From contig JBFGCM010000001.1 of assembly GCA_041581135.1 (NCBI GenBank), forward strand, positions 32,389-96,388: a stretch of 64,000 nucleotides of DNA, read 5' to 3'. Below the pieces are notes generated by a model. The model saw only the letters and a program-made list of their open reading frames with translations. It had not been told where the DNA came from and searched no databases. This DNA is from Acidimicrobiia bacterium. Lineage in GTDB: Bacteria; Actinomycetota; Acidimicrobiia; Spongiisociales; UBA5794. Position numbers and translations under genes: made by a program. Below, piece by piece: positions 34,528-43,231 of this stretch. The stretch's first letter is position 1, and each line of letters opens with the position of its first letter.

Positions 34528-35400
34528 CTAAGCGGGATCCACGCTCGGTGGAGGTTCCTCCGACGTGGGCGCGGCAATGGGTCCAGGCGGAGTCGGTTCC
34601 GTCGGCGGTACCGGTTCCCCCGGAAGCGCCGGTTCCCCCGAGAGTGTGGGTTCCCCCGGGAAGGTCGGTGGTGCCGACGTCTGTCGTTTGGGGCGTCGCA
34701 GGACGAGGAACACGACGGCTGCCGCAAGGACGACGGCACCGGCGCCTGCCGCCAACGCCCCGATGGGCGGGCCACCGCCGATGGTGCTCGTGGCCATCAG
34801 CGTGCGGGACGGTGCCGTGACATCGATGTCCCAGATCAGCACTCCGTCCTCGACGCGGTCGGCGTTGTGTTCCTGCACGTCGCCCGGCAGTTGCATCCTG
34901 ACTTCGGTCTCGACGAACTCGCTCAACAGCTGCGCCACCTGTTCGGCGTCGAAGAAGCTGTTGTCTGTGGCCTCTTCGAGAGCCGCGGGGTCGCCGAGCG
35001 TCGCCTCGAAGAAGAAGTCGTCCCCGTCCTGGGTCAGCGACACCCGTTCGACCGGAATCGTCTGGTCGGGCTCTCCGAGGACCACTGCGACATCGTCCAG
35101 GCCGGCGAACGGGCGGGTGAGCTCGATGCCGGTCAGATCGTCCTCTGCCCAGTCCTGTACGTCCCAGCCCTCGGTCTGCGCTCCCAGATCGAAGATGTCG
35201 GTCTCGTCCGCCCCGAGGGACTCGACCGCCTCGCGAGCCTCGTCGTCGAGTGCCAGGATGGCGCGCAGCAAGCCGGAGCCGTCCTCGTTGACGATGGTCT
35301 CCTGCACGATGTGGATACGGCATCCGGCCAGCACCAGGGCCATCGCCAGCAGCCACGTCAGACGGGTGGCCATGCCGGCGGCGCTGAGAGTACGAGTCAC
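34528..35400 (-). CDS. Lipoprotein with C-terminal TM anchor and Pro-rich tail (LppM/DUF3153-like architecture)
   Basis: The lipobox is LVLAGC. A C-terminal TM segment (GALAAGAGAVVLAAAVVFLVL) is followed by PGEP repeats. The family assignment is tentative. Confidence 0.55.
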   Translation of the reverse strand: MTRTLSAAGMATRLTWLLAMALVLAGCRIHIVQETIVNEDGSGLLRAILALDDEAREAVESLGADETDIFDLGAQTEGWDVQDWAEDDLTGIELTRPFAGLDDVAVVLGEPDQTIPVERVSLTQDGDDFFFEATLGDPAALEEATDNSFFDAEQVAQLLSEFVETEVRMQLPGDVQEHNADRVEDGVLIWDIDVTAPSRTLMATSTIGGGPPIGALAAGAGAVVLAAAVVFLVLRRPKRQTSAPPTFPGEPTLSGEPALPGEPVPPTEPTPPGPIAAPTSEEPPPSVDPA

Positions 35401-35416
35401 GGTCGTCGGCCTCCGA

Positions 35417-35866
35417 TCACATTCTGTTCTGCTCGAGATCCAGCACCTTGTCCAAGCGCCGCTGATGACGCTCCTCGCCGGTGAAGGACGCCTTCACGAA
35501 CGAGGACACGATCTCGCGAGCCAGCTCCGAGCCGATCACCCGGCTGCCCACGGCGATCACATTGGCGTCGTCGTGTTCCACGGCCTGGTGTGCGGTGTAG
35601 GTGTCGTGGGCGACGGCGGCGCGGATGCCGGTGAGCTTGTTGGCCGCGATGGAGGCGCCGGCTCCCGAACCACACACGACGATGCCACGATCGGCACGTC
35701 CGGACACCACGGCCCTGCCGACTGCGGCGGCGTAGTCGGGGTAGTCGACGGGGTCTGTCGATGTGGTGCCCAGGTCGATCACGGCGACACCCTCCGCCGC
35801 GAGATGCTCCTTCAGATCCTCTTTCAGCTCGAAGCCGGCGTGATCCGCTCCGATGGCAACTCGCAC
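35417..35866 (-). CDS. rpiB: Ribose-5-phosphate isomerase B (housekeeping copy)
   Basis: GTG at 35866 is preceded by GGGAGGA. Contains [12 protein letters not shown] and GIVVCGSGAGASIAANK, which retains the catalytic Cys. There is no N-terminal extension. Confidence 0.9.
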   Translation of the reverse strand: MRVAIGADHAGFELKEDLKEHLAAEGVAVIDLGTTSTDPVDYPDYAAAVGRAVVSGRADRGIVVCGSGAGASIAANKLTGIRAAVAHDTYTAHQAVEHDDANVIAVGSRVIGSELAREIVSSFVKASFTGEERHQRRLDKVLDLEQNRM

Positions 35867-35966
35867 TGATCCTCCCGTCGAGGGATTGGCCGCGTTCGAT
35901 GGCCAGGGTAACCGCATGCGGGGCGTCGCCAGCGCTTCGCAGCAGCGGCCCGTGGCTAGCCTCCAC

Positions 35967-36473
35967 ATGGTGCGTCGCTTCCTCGTCCTGCTGCTGGGTT
36001 TCGCCGTTGCATGCAGCTCCGGCGTCACCGCGCCTCCCGTCGGAGAGCTGGCCACGGTGTGCGCCGATCAGTTCTGCGTGTCCTATCCCGACGACTGGGA
36101 CGCGGAACCCGGCGAGACGTTCGTGACCTTCTCCCATCCGTCGGATCCCGTGACGGTGGTGGCCTCGGCCAGCGGCGTCGACATGGCCGGTGTCATGCGG
36201 GCCGGCGGAGAGCCGTGGCCGGCGCCACCCGACAGAGTGGTGCGCACGTTCTGGCGCCTCTTGGACGAGGGAGGCTCGGCCGGACTTGGCGACATCGAGA
36301 CCCGTGACGATGGGTCCGTGGCATCGGAGGGAAGCTTCGATTCCGGGCGCCTGTGGACCCGCATGATCCCGGTGGAGGGTCCCGATGCCGTCGGCATCGA
36401 GGTGCGGGCACCGAATGGCTCATGGGCAGACCACGCCGCCGCGTTCCTCGACGGCTTCACCATCCTCCCATGA
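35967..36473 (+). CDS. Lipoprotein, unknown function
   Basis: Trimmed to MVRRFLVLLLGFAVAC|SSG. Confidence 0.6.
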   Translation: MVRRFLVLLLGFAVACSSGVTAPPVGELATVCADQFCVSYPDDWDAEPGETFVTFSHPSDPVTVVASASGVDMAGVMRAGGEPWPAPPDRVVRTFWRLLDEGGSAGLGDIETRDDGSVASEGSFDSGRLWTRMIPVEGPDAVGIEVRAPNGSWADHAAAFLDGFTILP

Positions 36474-36554
36474 CGGCCTTCCCGACTCTCAGGGCGACTG
36501 GGGTGACTCGGGGTGACTGGGTGGTTCGCAGAGGGCCGCGTACACTCCCGAAGC

Positions 36555-37808
36555 ATGAGTGAGATCCGCGTCATCGGTGGTGCGCGCCTCGAAGGCTCCG
36601 TCGGGGTGCTGGGTGCCAAGAACGCCGCGCTCAAGCTGATGGTCGCCACGCTGCTGGCCCCTGGCAGCCATCGGTTGGAGAACGTGCCGGGGATCATGGA
36701 TGTCTCCATCATGGGCCAGGTATTGGATCACATCGGGGCCGAGTGCGCTCTCGACGGCTCGGTGTTGACCATCGAGGTGCCGGAGGACCCCGTGCCTGAA
36801 GCGCCCCTGGAGCTGGTGCGCAAGATGCGGGCTTCCATCCTCGTACTGGGTGCCTTGCTGGCGCGAAACGGCGAGGCGAGGGTTGCGCTGCCCGGTGGGG
36901 ACGACTTCGGTTCACGACCCATCGACATGCATCTCGACGGCCTCCGCCAAATGGGTGCTCATTTCGAGCTGGTGCACGGAGTCCTCGAGGCGAGCGCACC
37001 CCACGGACTCAGAGGGGCCGACATCTACCTCGAGTTCCCCAGCGTCGGCGCCACCGAGAACCTGCTGCTCGCCGGCTCGCTTGCCCACGGCACCACGGTG
37101 ATCGGCAACGCCGCCCGTGAGCCCGAGCTCAGCGACGTGGCGGAGTTCCTGAACAAGATGGGCGCCAAGATCGAAGGCGCCGGCACCTCCACCGTCACCA
37201 TTCGCGGAGTGCCCGGCTTGTCTCCGGCGGTACACCGAGTGGTGCCGGACCGGCTCGAGGCCGGGACGTATGCCGTTGCGGCCGCCGTCACGGGCGGCTC
37301 CATCCGGGTGGAGCGTTGTGTGCCCGAGCATCTGCGCATGGAGCTGCGCAAGCTGACCGATGCGGGCTGCACCATCGAGGCCGGTCTCGACTGGTTGCAG
37401 ATCCAAGGACCGGCGCGCCCCACCGAGGTCGACTTCGCCACCCTGCCCTACCCGGGCTTCCACACCGACATGCACCCACAGATGGTGGCGTTGCTCTCGG
37501 TCGCCTCCGGAGTCTCGCTCATCACCGAGAACATCTACGCGGCGCGCTTTCGATACATCGGTGAGCTCAACCGGATGGGGGCCGACATCACCACGGACGG
37601 CCAGCACGTGGTGGTACGCGGCGTCGAGCGGCTGTCCGGCTGCGAAGTGGACGGCACCGACATTCGAGCCGGTGCGGCGATGGTCCTCGCCGGTCTCCGC
37701 GCCGAAGGCGAGACCGTCGTCACCGAAGCGCATCACATCGACCGGGGTTACTGCGACTTCGTCCCCAAGCTGGCGGCCCTCGGCGCCGACATCTCCCGGC
37801 GCGACTGA
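36555..37808 (+). CDS. murA: UDP-N-acetylglucosamine 1-carboxyvinyltransferase
   Basis: MSEIRVIGGARLEGSVGVLGAKNAALK.... The active-site loop is LPGGDDFGSRPIDMHL, with Asp where E. coli has Cys115. Confidence 0.92.
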   Translation: MSEIRVIGGARLEGSVGVLGAKNAALKLMVATLLAPGSHRLENVPGIMDVSIMGQVLDHIGAECALDGSVLTIEVPEDPVPEAPLELVRKMRASILVLGALLARNGEARVALPGGDDFGSRPIDMHLDGLRQMGAHFELVHGVLEASAPHGLRGADIYLEFPSVGATENLLLAGSLAHGTTVIGNAAREPELSDVAEFLNKMGAKIEGAGTSTVTIRGVPGLSPAVHRVVPDRLEAGTYAVAAAVTGGSIRVERCVPEHLRMELRKLTDAGCTIEAGLDWLQIQGPARPTEVDFATLPYPGFHTDMHPQMVALLSVASGVSLITENIYAARFRYIGELNRMGADITTDGQHVVVRGVERLSGCEVDGTDIRAGAAMVLAGLRAEGETVVTEAHHIDRGYCDFVPKLAALGADISRRD

Positions 37809-37834
37809 ATCCCCGGCTCCGGTATAAAGGCCAT

Positions 37835-39178
37835 ATGCGCACTCTCATCAGCGGCTGTGTCGCGATCCTGATGACGCTGGCGCTGGCACCGATCGGGCCC
37901 GACGCCGCGGCGCAGGTGCCACCCTCCGACACGGTGACCCTGGTTCCCCTGGAGGGCACCACGTTCGGGTTCGGACGCTTCCGGTACGGCGGTGACGTGG
38001 AGATCCGCAACCGCTTCGATGGCCTGGTCCTGGTGGAACACGTGGAGCTGGACGAGTACCTCGCCGGGATTCGTGAGGTGCCGTTCTCCTGGCCGGAAGA
38101 AGCCTTGGCGGCGCAGGTGGTGGCGGCGCGGACGTACCTGGCGTGGACCCTCGACCGCGGACGGGCTGGTGCCGGTGCCACCTACGAGTTCGACATCTGC
38201 GCCACGACGGCGTGCCAGGTGTATTCGGGAACCAGCCAGGTCGCCGACGGCGATCGCTGGCAGAGCGCGATCGCGACGACATCGAATCAGCTGCTCATCT
38301 ACGAAGGCAAGCCGGCCCAGACCCTCTATTCGTCGTCGTCGGGTCCGCGGACCAGAACGTCCTCGGACGTCTTCAACGGGTCTTCCAAGCCCTACCTGCA
38401 GGCGGTCGACTCCGACGAAGAGGGAGTGACGCCCTACTGGGAGTGGCAGGTGGATCTGCCCGTGGAGGCGCTGGTACGGATCTTGGAGGCGGCGGGTTTC
38501 GCCGTCGGAGCGGACGTCCGCAGTGTGTCGGTGCAAACGGCCGATGACGGTGGTGGGCACTGGGTGCTGGAGGTCAGCTCGGCGGACGGGCTGACGCGCA
38601 TCCCCAACGCCGACCTGCGCTGGATCATGAATCGATACGGTCCCCAGCTGTATCCGGGTCTGCTGCCGGCCCGACGCGACGACGGGAGACGCTGGCCTCA
38701 GGCGATCCTGTCGTACACCTTCACGGCCGACTACACCGTTCCTGAGCAGGCCCCATTCTCTCCCCGGGTGGCGAGGTGGCTCCCGGCGTCAGATCAGCCG
38801 GAGGCCGGGTCCGTGTCCTTCATCGGGACAGGGTGGGGCCATGGCGTGGGGATGAGCCAGTGGGGGGCCAACGCCATGGCGTCCGATGGCGCCACGCACG
38901 TAGAGATCCTGTCCCACTACTACGGGGGCTTGGAACCCATCGACGGGTCCGATCGCCTGCCGGACACGGTGGCGGTGGGACTCGCCTGGGGACGTGGCGA
39001 GTTCGAGCTCGACATCTCCGGCTCGTTCGAGCTGCGAGTGAACGGGGTTCCGGCTGCGCAGCTCCCCGGCGGCGAGTGGCTCTTCCGAGCCGGGGTCGAT
39101 GGGGTGCGAGTCATTCCGCCGGCCGGCTACGCGGGGCGGGCAGTCGACGAGGTGCTCGGCAGGCCGTGGCCGCGCTGA
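37835..39178 (+). CDS. SpoIID/LytB domain-containing secreted protein
   Basis: Has a signal peptide. Contains LDEYLAGIREVPFSWPEEALAAQVVAARTY and GHGVGMSQWGA. Confidence 0.8.
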   Translation: MRTLISGCVAILMTLALAPIGPDAAAQVPPSDTVTLVPLEGTTFGFGRFRYGGDVEIRNRFDGLVLVEHVELDEYLAGIREVPFSWPEEALAAQVVAARTYLAWTLDRGRAGAGATYEFDICATTACQVYSGTSQVADGDRWQSAIATTSNQLLIYEGKPAQTLYSSSSGPRTRTSSDVFNGSSKPYLQAVDSDEEGVTPYWEWQVDLPVEALVRILEAAGFAVGADVRSVSVQTADDGGGHWVLEVSSADGLTRIPNADLRWIMNRYGPQLYPGLLPARRDDGRRWPQAILSYTFTADYTVPEQAPFSPRVARWLPASDQPEAGSVSFIGTGWGHGVGMSQWGANAMASDGATHVEILSHYYGGLEPIDGSDRLPDTVAVGLAWGRGEFELDISGSFELRVNGVPAAQLPGGEWLFRAGVDGVRVIPPAGYAGRAVDEVLGRPWPR

Positions 39179-39624
39179 GCGCTGCGCACGTGGAAGCCCT
39201 GAGGCAGCTGGCCCGGCAGCTGGGCGATCTGCCATGGGCGCTCGGTGGCAGCGCCATGCTCGCGGTGTGCGGCATCGACGTCGCGGTCAACGACCTCGAC
39301 GTGATGGCGGATGCCGGCTCGGCGTCGGACGTGCATGCGGCGTTCCCCGACTTCGCCCGTATCGGGCGCGGCCCGGGTCCCGCTCACAGCGCCTGGCTGC
39401 TCTCAGGACGCCTCGGGGACGTCGACGTCGACGTCATCGGTGACATGGCGGTGCGCGGAGCCGACGGGATCGAGGTGTTCGGCCTTCGTGTCGCCCGTAC
39501 GGTGGTCGTCGATGGGGTGGAGATCCCCCTCGCCCCGCTGGAGCAGTGGCAGCGGATCTACTTGGTGTTGGAACCGGTCAAAGCACAGCTCATCGCCGCC
39601 CATCTCGAGCGCGAGCAGCGTTGA
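39166..39624 (+). CDS. Hypothetical protein, possible nucleotidyltransferase fold
   Basis: This is the C-terminal part of the 282-aa track ORF. GTG at 39166 was chosen as start. WALGGSAML...NDLDVMAD resembles a GS...DxD NTase motif. The call is weak. Confidence 0.4.
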   Translation: MAALSAAHVEALRQLARQLGDLPWALGGSAMLAVCGIDVAVNDLDVMADAGSASDVHAAFPDFARIGRGPGPAHSAWLLSGRLGDVDVDVIGDMAVRGADGIEVFGLRVARTVVVDGVEIPLAPLEQWQRIYLVLEPVKAQLIAAHLEREQR

Positions 39625-39709
39625 CCGGGCACCTGGATCGGCTCGACTCCGAGCCGCCCTACACTCTTCAGGGAATACCCCGGCGCCGCCTGGGTTGAAA
39701 CGCGACGAC

Positions 39710-40048
39710 ATGGACGCCATGAGCCTCACCGACCCGACAACAGCGACTGCCGAGGAGCCGGCCGCCGACGAAGAGACCGGCATCGACGCCGGCGACGTCG
39801 CCGCGTCTGAATCCGACGTCGAGCCCATCGATCTCGACCTCTTGAACGCCACCATCGACTACATCCGGCCCGCGCTGCAGTCCGACGGCGGCGACATGAT
39901 CTTGCTGGGTACCCAAGACGGCAAGGTGACCATCCAGCTGGTCGGCGCATGTGGCGGGTGCCCGATGTCCACCATGACCCTCACCGCGGGCATCGAGCGC
40001 ATCCTCCGCGACCGCGTACCCGGCGTGCGTGAGGTCATCGCCGTCTGA
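39710..40048 (+). CDS. NifU-like (Nfu C-terminal domain) Fe-S cluster protein
   Basis: IDYIRPALQSDGGDMILLG...LVGACGGCPMSTMTL carries the CxxC motif of the NifU C-terminal domain. Confidence 0.8.
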   Translation: MDAMSLTDPTTATAEEPAADEETGIDAGDVAASESDVEPIDLDLLNATIDYIRPALQSDGGDMILLGTQDGKVTIQLVGACGGCPMSTMTLTAGIERILRDRVPGVREVIAV

Positions 40049-40097
40049 GGGCACTGGTCGTCCGCCACCACCTGCCCCCTCTCTAAGCTCCACCGGC

Positions 40098-41021
40098 GTG
40101 GACGAGCTCGTGCATGCCGCCATCGCCGGCGATCGCCGATCACTGGCGCGCCTCATCTCTCGCGTGGAGGAGGGCTCGCCCACCGGCACGTCCGCCTTGC
40201 GCGCTCTGTTCCCCCGTACGGGGCATGCCCACGTCACGGGTGTCACCGGTGCTCCGGGTGCGGGCAAGTCGACGCTCACCGACCGCCTGATCGCCGAAGT
40301 ACGGGCCGCAGGCGACGAGATCGCCGTGGTGGCGGTCGACCCGTCGAGCCCATTCACCGGTGGAGCGATCCTGGGCGATCGGGTGCGCATGCAAGGCCAC
40401 ATCGACGATCCCGGTGTCTACATCCGCTCGCTGGGCAGTCGCGGGGCGCTGGGCGGGATCTCGGCGGCAACGCCGCGAGTGGTGGCGGTGCTCGACGGGG
40501 TTGGATTCCCCCACGTGGTCGTCGAGACGGTGGGGGTCGGACAGGCTGAGGTCGAGATCGCGTCGAACACCGACACCACCATCGTCGTGGTGAACCCGGG
40601 CTGGGGCGACAGCGTGCAGGCCGCCAAGGCCGGGCTGCTGGAGATCGGTGAGGTCTTCGTCATCAACAAGATGGACCGTCAAGGAGCAGACGAGACCGAA
40701 CGAGATCTTCAACAGATGCTCATGCTCGGGGAGCAAGGCGGTTGGCTGCCCCCGATCGTTCGCACCAACGCCCTGACCGGGGAGGGCGTGTCAGACGTCT
40801 GGAAGGCGGTCCTGGGCCATCGGGAGTGGCTGGAGGACACCGGTGAGCTCGCGTCCGGTCGCGCCGCTCGGCTCGAAGCAGAGCTGCGGCACGAGATGCG
40901 GGTGCTGGTCGAGCGGCGGGTCCACGCCTCGGCGGGGGGCGCCGACTACGCCACACTGGTGGCCGAGGTGACGGCGCGTCGCATCGATCCTTGGTCGGCG
41001 GCAGCGAGCCTCGTCGGCTGA
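40098..41021 (+). CDS. meaB: Methylmalonyl-CoA mutase-associated GTPase MeaB/ArgK
   Basis: The P-loop is GAPGAGKST. Also has ILGDRVRM, ETVGVGQ and NKMD. Confidence 0.85.
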   Translation: MDELVHAAIAGDRRSLARLISRVEEGSPTGTSALRALFPRTGHAHVTGVTGAPGAGKSTLTDRLIAEVRAAGDEIAVVAVDPSSPFTGGAILGDRVRMQGHIDDPGVYIRSLGSRGALGGISAATPRVVAVLDGVGFPHVVVETVGVGQAEVEIASNTDTTIVVVNPGWGDSVQAAKAGLLEIGEVFVINKMDRQGADETERDLQQMLMLGEQGGWLPPIVRTNALTGEGVSDVWKAVLGHREWLEDTGELASGRAARLEAELRHEMRVLVERRVHASAGGADYATLVAEVTARRIDPWSAAASLVG

Positions 41022-41064
41022 CCGGGTACCCTCCCGGGGCCGATGCACAGAAAGGGATGGACTC

Positions 41065-41832
41065 GTGAGCCTCGTTGACTACTCCGTTGAAGGCTCAGTC
41101 GCCGTCATCACGATGCGACGGGAGCCGGTGAACGCCCTCAACCGGGAGCTGATCGGAGAGATCGACGATGCCGTCGCCCGGGCCAAAGATGCCGCGATCC
41201 GGGCGGTCGTCATCTCCGGCGACCCGCATTTCGCCGCAGGCGCCGACATCTCGGAGTTCAAGGACGCCTATGACCGAGGCTGGGAGGACACCCTGGCTGC
41301 AGAGCTGGGCGGGTTCGTACGGCGCTTCGAACGTCTCGACAAGCCGACGATCGCCGCGGTTCGTGGCTTCGCCCTCGGAGGGGGTCTGGAGCTGGCCATG
41401 GGAGCCGACTTCAGATACCTCGCCGACACGGCCAAGGTCGGACAGCCCGAGATCCTGCTCGGCATCATCCCCGGGGCAGGCGGCACCCAGCGGTTGCCCC
41501 GGCTCGTCGGCTTCCAGCGAGCGCGGGAGATGAACTTCTCCGGCCGGCAGGTGGGCGCCGAGGAAGCGTTGGCAGTGGGTCTGGCCGATCGAGTGGTTCC
41601 CGAACCCGAGCTGATGGAGGTGGCGCTCGCCGAGGCCGCTCGCTACGCCGAGGGTCCCACGCTGGCATATGCGGCCGTCAAGCGTGCCATGATCGACGGT
41701 GCCGGCCGCGCCATCGACACCGGCCTGGAGATCGAAGCGACCGCCTTCCGCGAGGCGTTCGCCACCCACGACGCCCAAGAGGGGGTTGCCGCGTTCATCG
41801 AGAAACGCACCCCCCGTTTCAGAGGCCAGTGA
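41065..41832 (+). CDS. Enoyl-CoA hydratase/isomerase (crotonase family)
   Basis: Contains FAAGADISEF and AAVRGFALGGGLELAMGADFR. Confidence 0.88.
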   Translation: MSLVDYSVEGSVAVITMRREPVNALNRELIGEIDDAVARAKDAAIRAVVISGDPHFAAGADISEFKDAYDRGWEDTLAAELGGFVRRFERLDKPTIAAVRGFALGGGLELAMGADFRYLADTAKVGQPEILLGIIPGAGGTQRLPRLVGFQRAREMNFSGRQVGAEEALAVGLADRVVPEPELMEVALAEAARYAEGPTLAYAAVKRAMIDGAGRAIDTGLEIEATAFREAFATHDAQEGVAAFIEKRTPRFRGQ

Positions 41833-42267
41833 TCAGTCGAACCGGCGGGCAAGCCGCGTCAGGTTGTATTCCCAGATCTTGGTGAGCACGGGTGTGGCGG
41901 CGATCGCGGCCGCCGTGCCACCCAAGTACCACGGGAACGTCAGCCGCTCCTCCCAGACGAAGAGGGTGGTGGCGGCGTCGATCTCCTCCAGTCGGAACTC
42001 GCCCTCACCGCTGACCAGACCGTCGTGGCGAATGCCCATCCGGCGCGGGGGGTCCCACGTGACGAACTCCATGACATCAGAGGTGCGCAGCGGTCCGACC
42101 CGGGTGTCGACCCTCATCCGTGTCCCGGCACCCGACCTGCCTTCGCTCAAGAACTCGATCTCGGCTGCGTCTGCCATCCACTCGGTGTGGGTCTCCAGCC
42201 GGGCGATGTCGTCCCACACCTCCTGGCGCGGAGCGTTGATGATTCGGGAAACCACGATCGGTCGCAT
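41833..42267 (-). CDS. SRPBCC (START/polyketide-cyclase-like) family protein
   Basis: The N-terminus SRIINAPRQEVWDDIARLETHTEWM is typical of the family. 144 aa. Confidence 0.7.
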   Translation of the reverse strand: MRPIVVSRIINAPRQEVWDDIARLETHTEWMADAAEIEFLSEGRSGAGTRMRVDTRVGPLRTSDVMEFVTWDPPRRMGIRHDGLVSGEGEFRLEEIDAATTLFVWEERLTFPWYLGGTAAAIAATPVLTKIWEYNLTRLARRFD

Positions 42268-42291
42268 GGCACGAGGCTAGGGCTCTGCCCC

Positions 42292-42320
42292 TTGACACTA
42301 CGAACGTGCAACGTATATGT
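42292..42320 (+). promoter_or_regulatory. Candidate sigma-70-like promoter for the AHSA1-arsR operon
   Basis: TTGACA at 42292-42297 is followed, after a 16-17 nt spacer, by TATATG/ATATGT at 42314-42320. This is about 50 nt upstream of the ATG at 42370. Confidence 0.45.
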
Positions 42321-42349
42321 TGCACATTGAATGCAACACAGACGTTGCG
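42307..42349 (+). promoter_or_regulatory. Two operator-like inverted repeats (TGCAAC-N6-GTTGCA)
   Basis: TGCAACgtatatGTTGCA (42307-42324) is a perfect repeat. TGCAACacagacGTTGCg (42332-42349) matches 5 of 6. Their centres are 25 bp apart, and the first overlaps the -10 region. Confidence 0.6.
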
Positions 42350-42369
42350 CGATCTTGAGGAGGGAGACG

Positions 42370-42813
42370 ATGCCGAAGACGGATGCGATCGAGCGGCAGA
42401 TCAGTGTCACCAGTCCCATCGAGCGGGTCTGGGAGGCCCTGACCGTGGCCGAGCACCTGGCCGAGTGGTTCGGCGATTCGGCCGAAGTCGATCTGCGGCC
42501 GGGCGGAACCATGCGCGTCGGATGGTCGGAGTACGACGCGACTGCAGAGTGCGTGGTCGAGACCGTCGAGCCCCCGACCCGGTTTGCATATCGCTGGGAT
42601 GTCGGGGAGAGCGACGACGGCACGGTGTGGTCCACCACGGTGACGTTCACCCTGCATGAAGAAGATGGCACGACGACGGTGAAAGTCGTGGAGTCCGGCC
42701 TCTCCCGACTGCCCGACGACCTGCATCAGAAGACCATCGAGGAGAACGCGTCCGGCTGGGAAGGCGAGCTGGAAGACCTCAGGGTGCTGCTGGAGGGGGC
42801 GCGAACGTCGTGA
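42370..42813 (+). CDS. SRPBCC / AHSA1 (Aha1-like) domain protein
   Basis: The ATG is preceded by GAGGAGGGA. Contains IERQISVTSPIERVWEALTVAEHLAEWF. These genes are commonly paired with arsR. Confidence 0.75.
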   Translation: MPKTDAIERQISVTSPIERVWEALTVAEHLAEWFGDSAEVDLRPGGTMRVGWSEYDATAECVVETVEPPTRFAYRWDVGESDDGTVWSTTVTFTLHEEDGTTTVKVVESGLSRLPDDLHQKTIEENASGWEGELEDLRVLLEGARTS

Positions 42814-43133
42814 GGCGGGACGCGTCGCTCGCGACGTTCTGGGCACTGTGCGACCCGGTGCGGGTCGAGATACTCGATCGGGTCGCCGCCGGGTCGGAAG
42901 TCACCGTCAGCCAGCTCGGTGCGGTCCTCCCCATCACCCGCCAGGCCGTCACCAGGCACGTCAAGACGCTGGAGGCCGCCGGACTGATCTGCGGCGACCG
43001 GCAGGGGCGCGAGCATCGCTACCGAGTGGCCGTGACGCCTCTGGAAGAAGCGCGGCGCTGGCTGGGTCACCGCGCCGCGATTTGGGATGCTGCGCTCCAC
43101 CGACTCGCCGACTACCTCGAGGAGCAGACGTAG
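42810..43133 (+). CDS. ArsR/SmtB family transcriptional regulator
   Basis: The winged HTH is FWALCDPVRVEILDRVAAGSEVTVSQLGAVLPITRQAVTRHVKTLEAAGL. The GTG overlaps the upstream stop. Confidence 0.85.
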   Translation: MRRDASLATFWALCDPVRVEILDRVAAGSEVTVSQLGAVLPITRQAVTRHVKTLEAAGLICGDRQGREHRYRVAVTPLEEARRWLGHRAAIWDAALHRLADYLEEQT

Positions 43134-43231
43134 GCGAGGTGCGCAGCGACCCGGCGGAGAGCCACCGGGCGTGAGGTCGGAGATGTCGGAGGAGCGCCAC
43201 ACCGACCGGCGGCGGCTATAAAGAGGCGCCT

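Noticed and set aside
40098-41832. MeaB GTPase followed by enoyl-CoA hydratase, considered as a possible novel mutase-less module
   Set aside because: MeaB/ArgK genes are often unlinked from their mutase. Nothing in the sequence itself is unusual.
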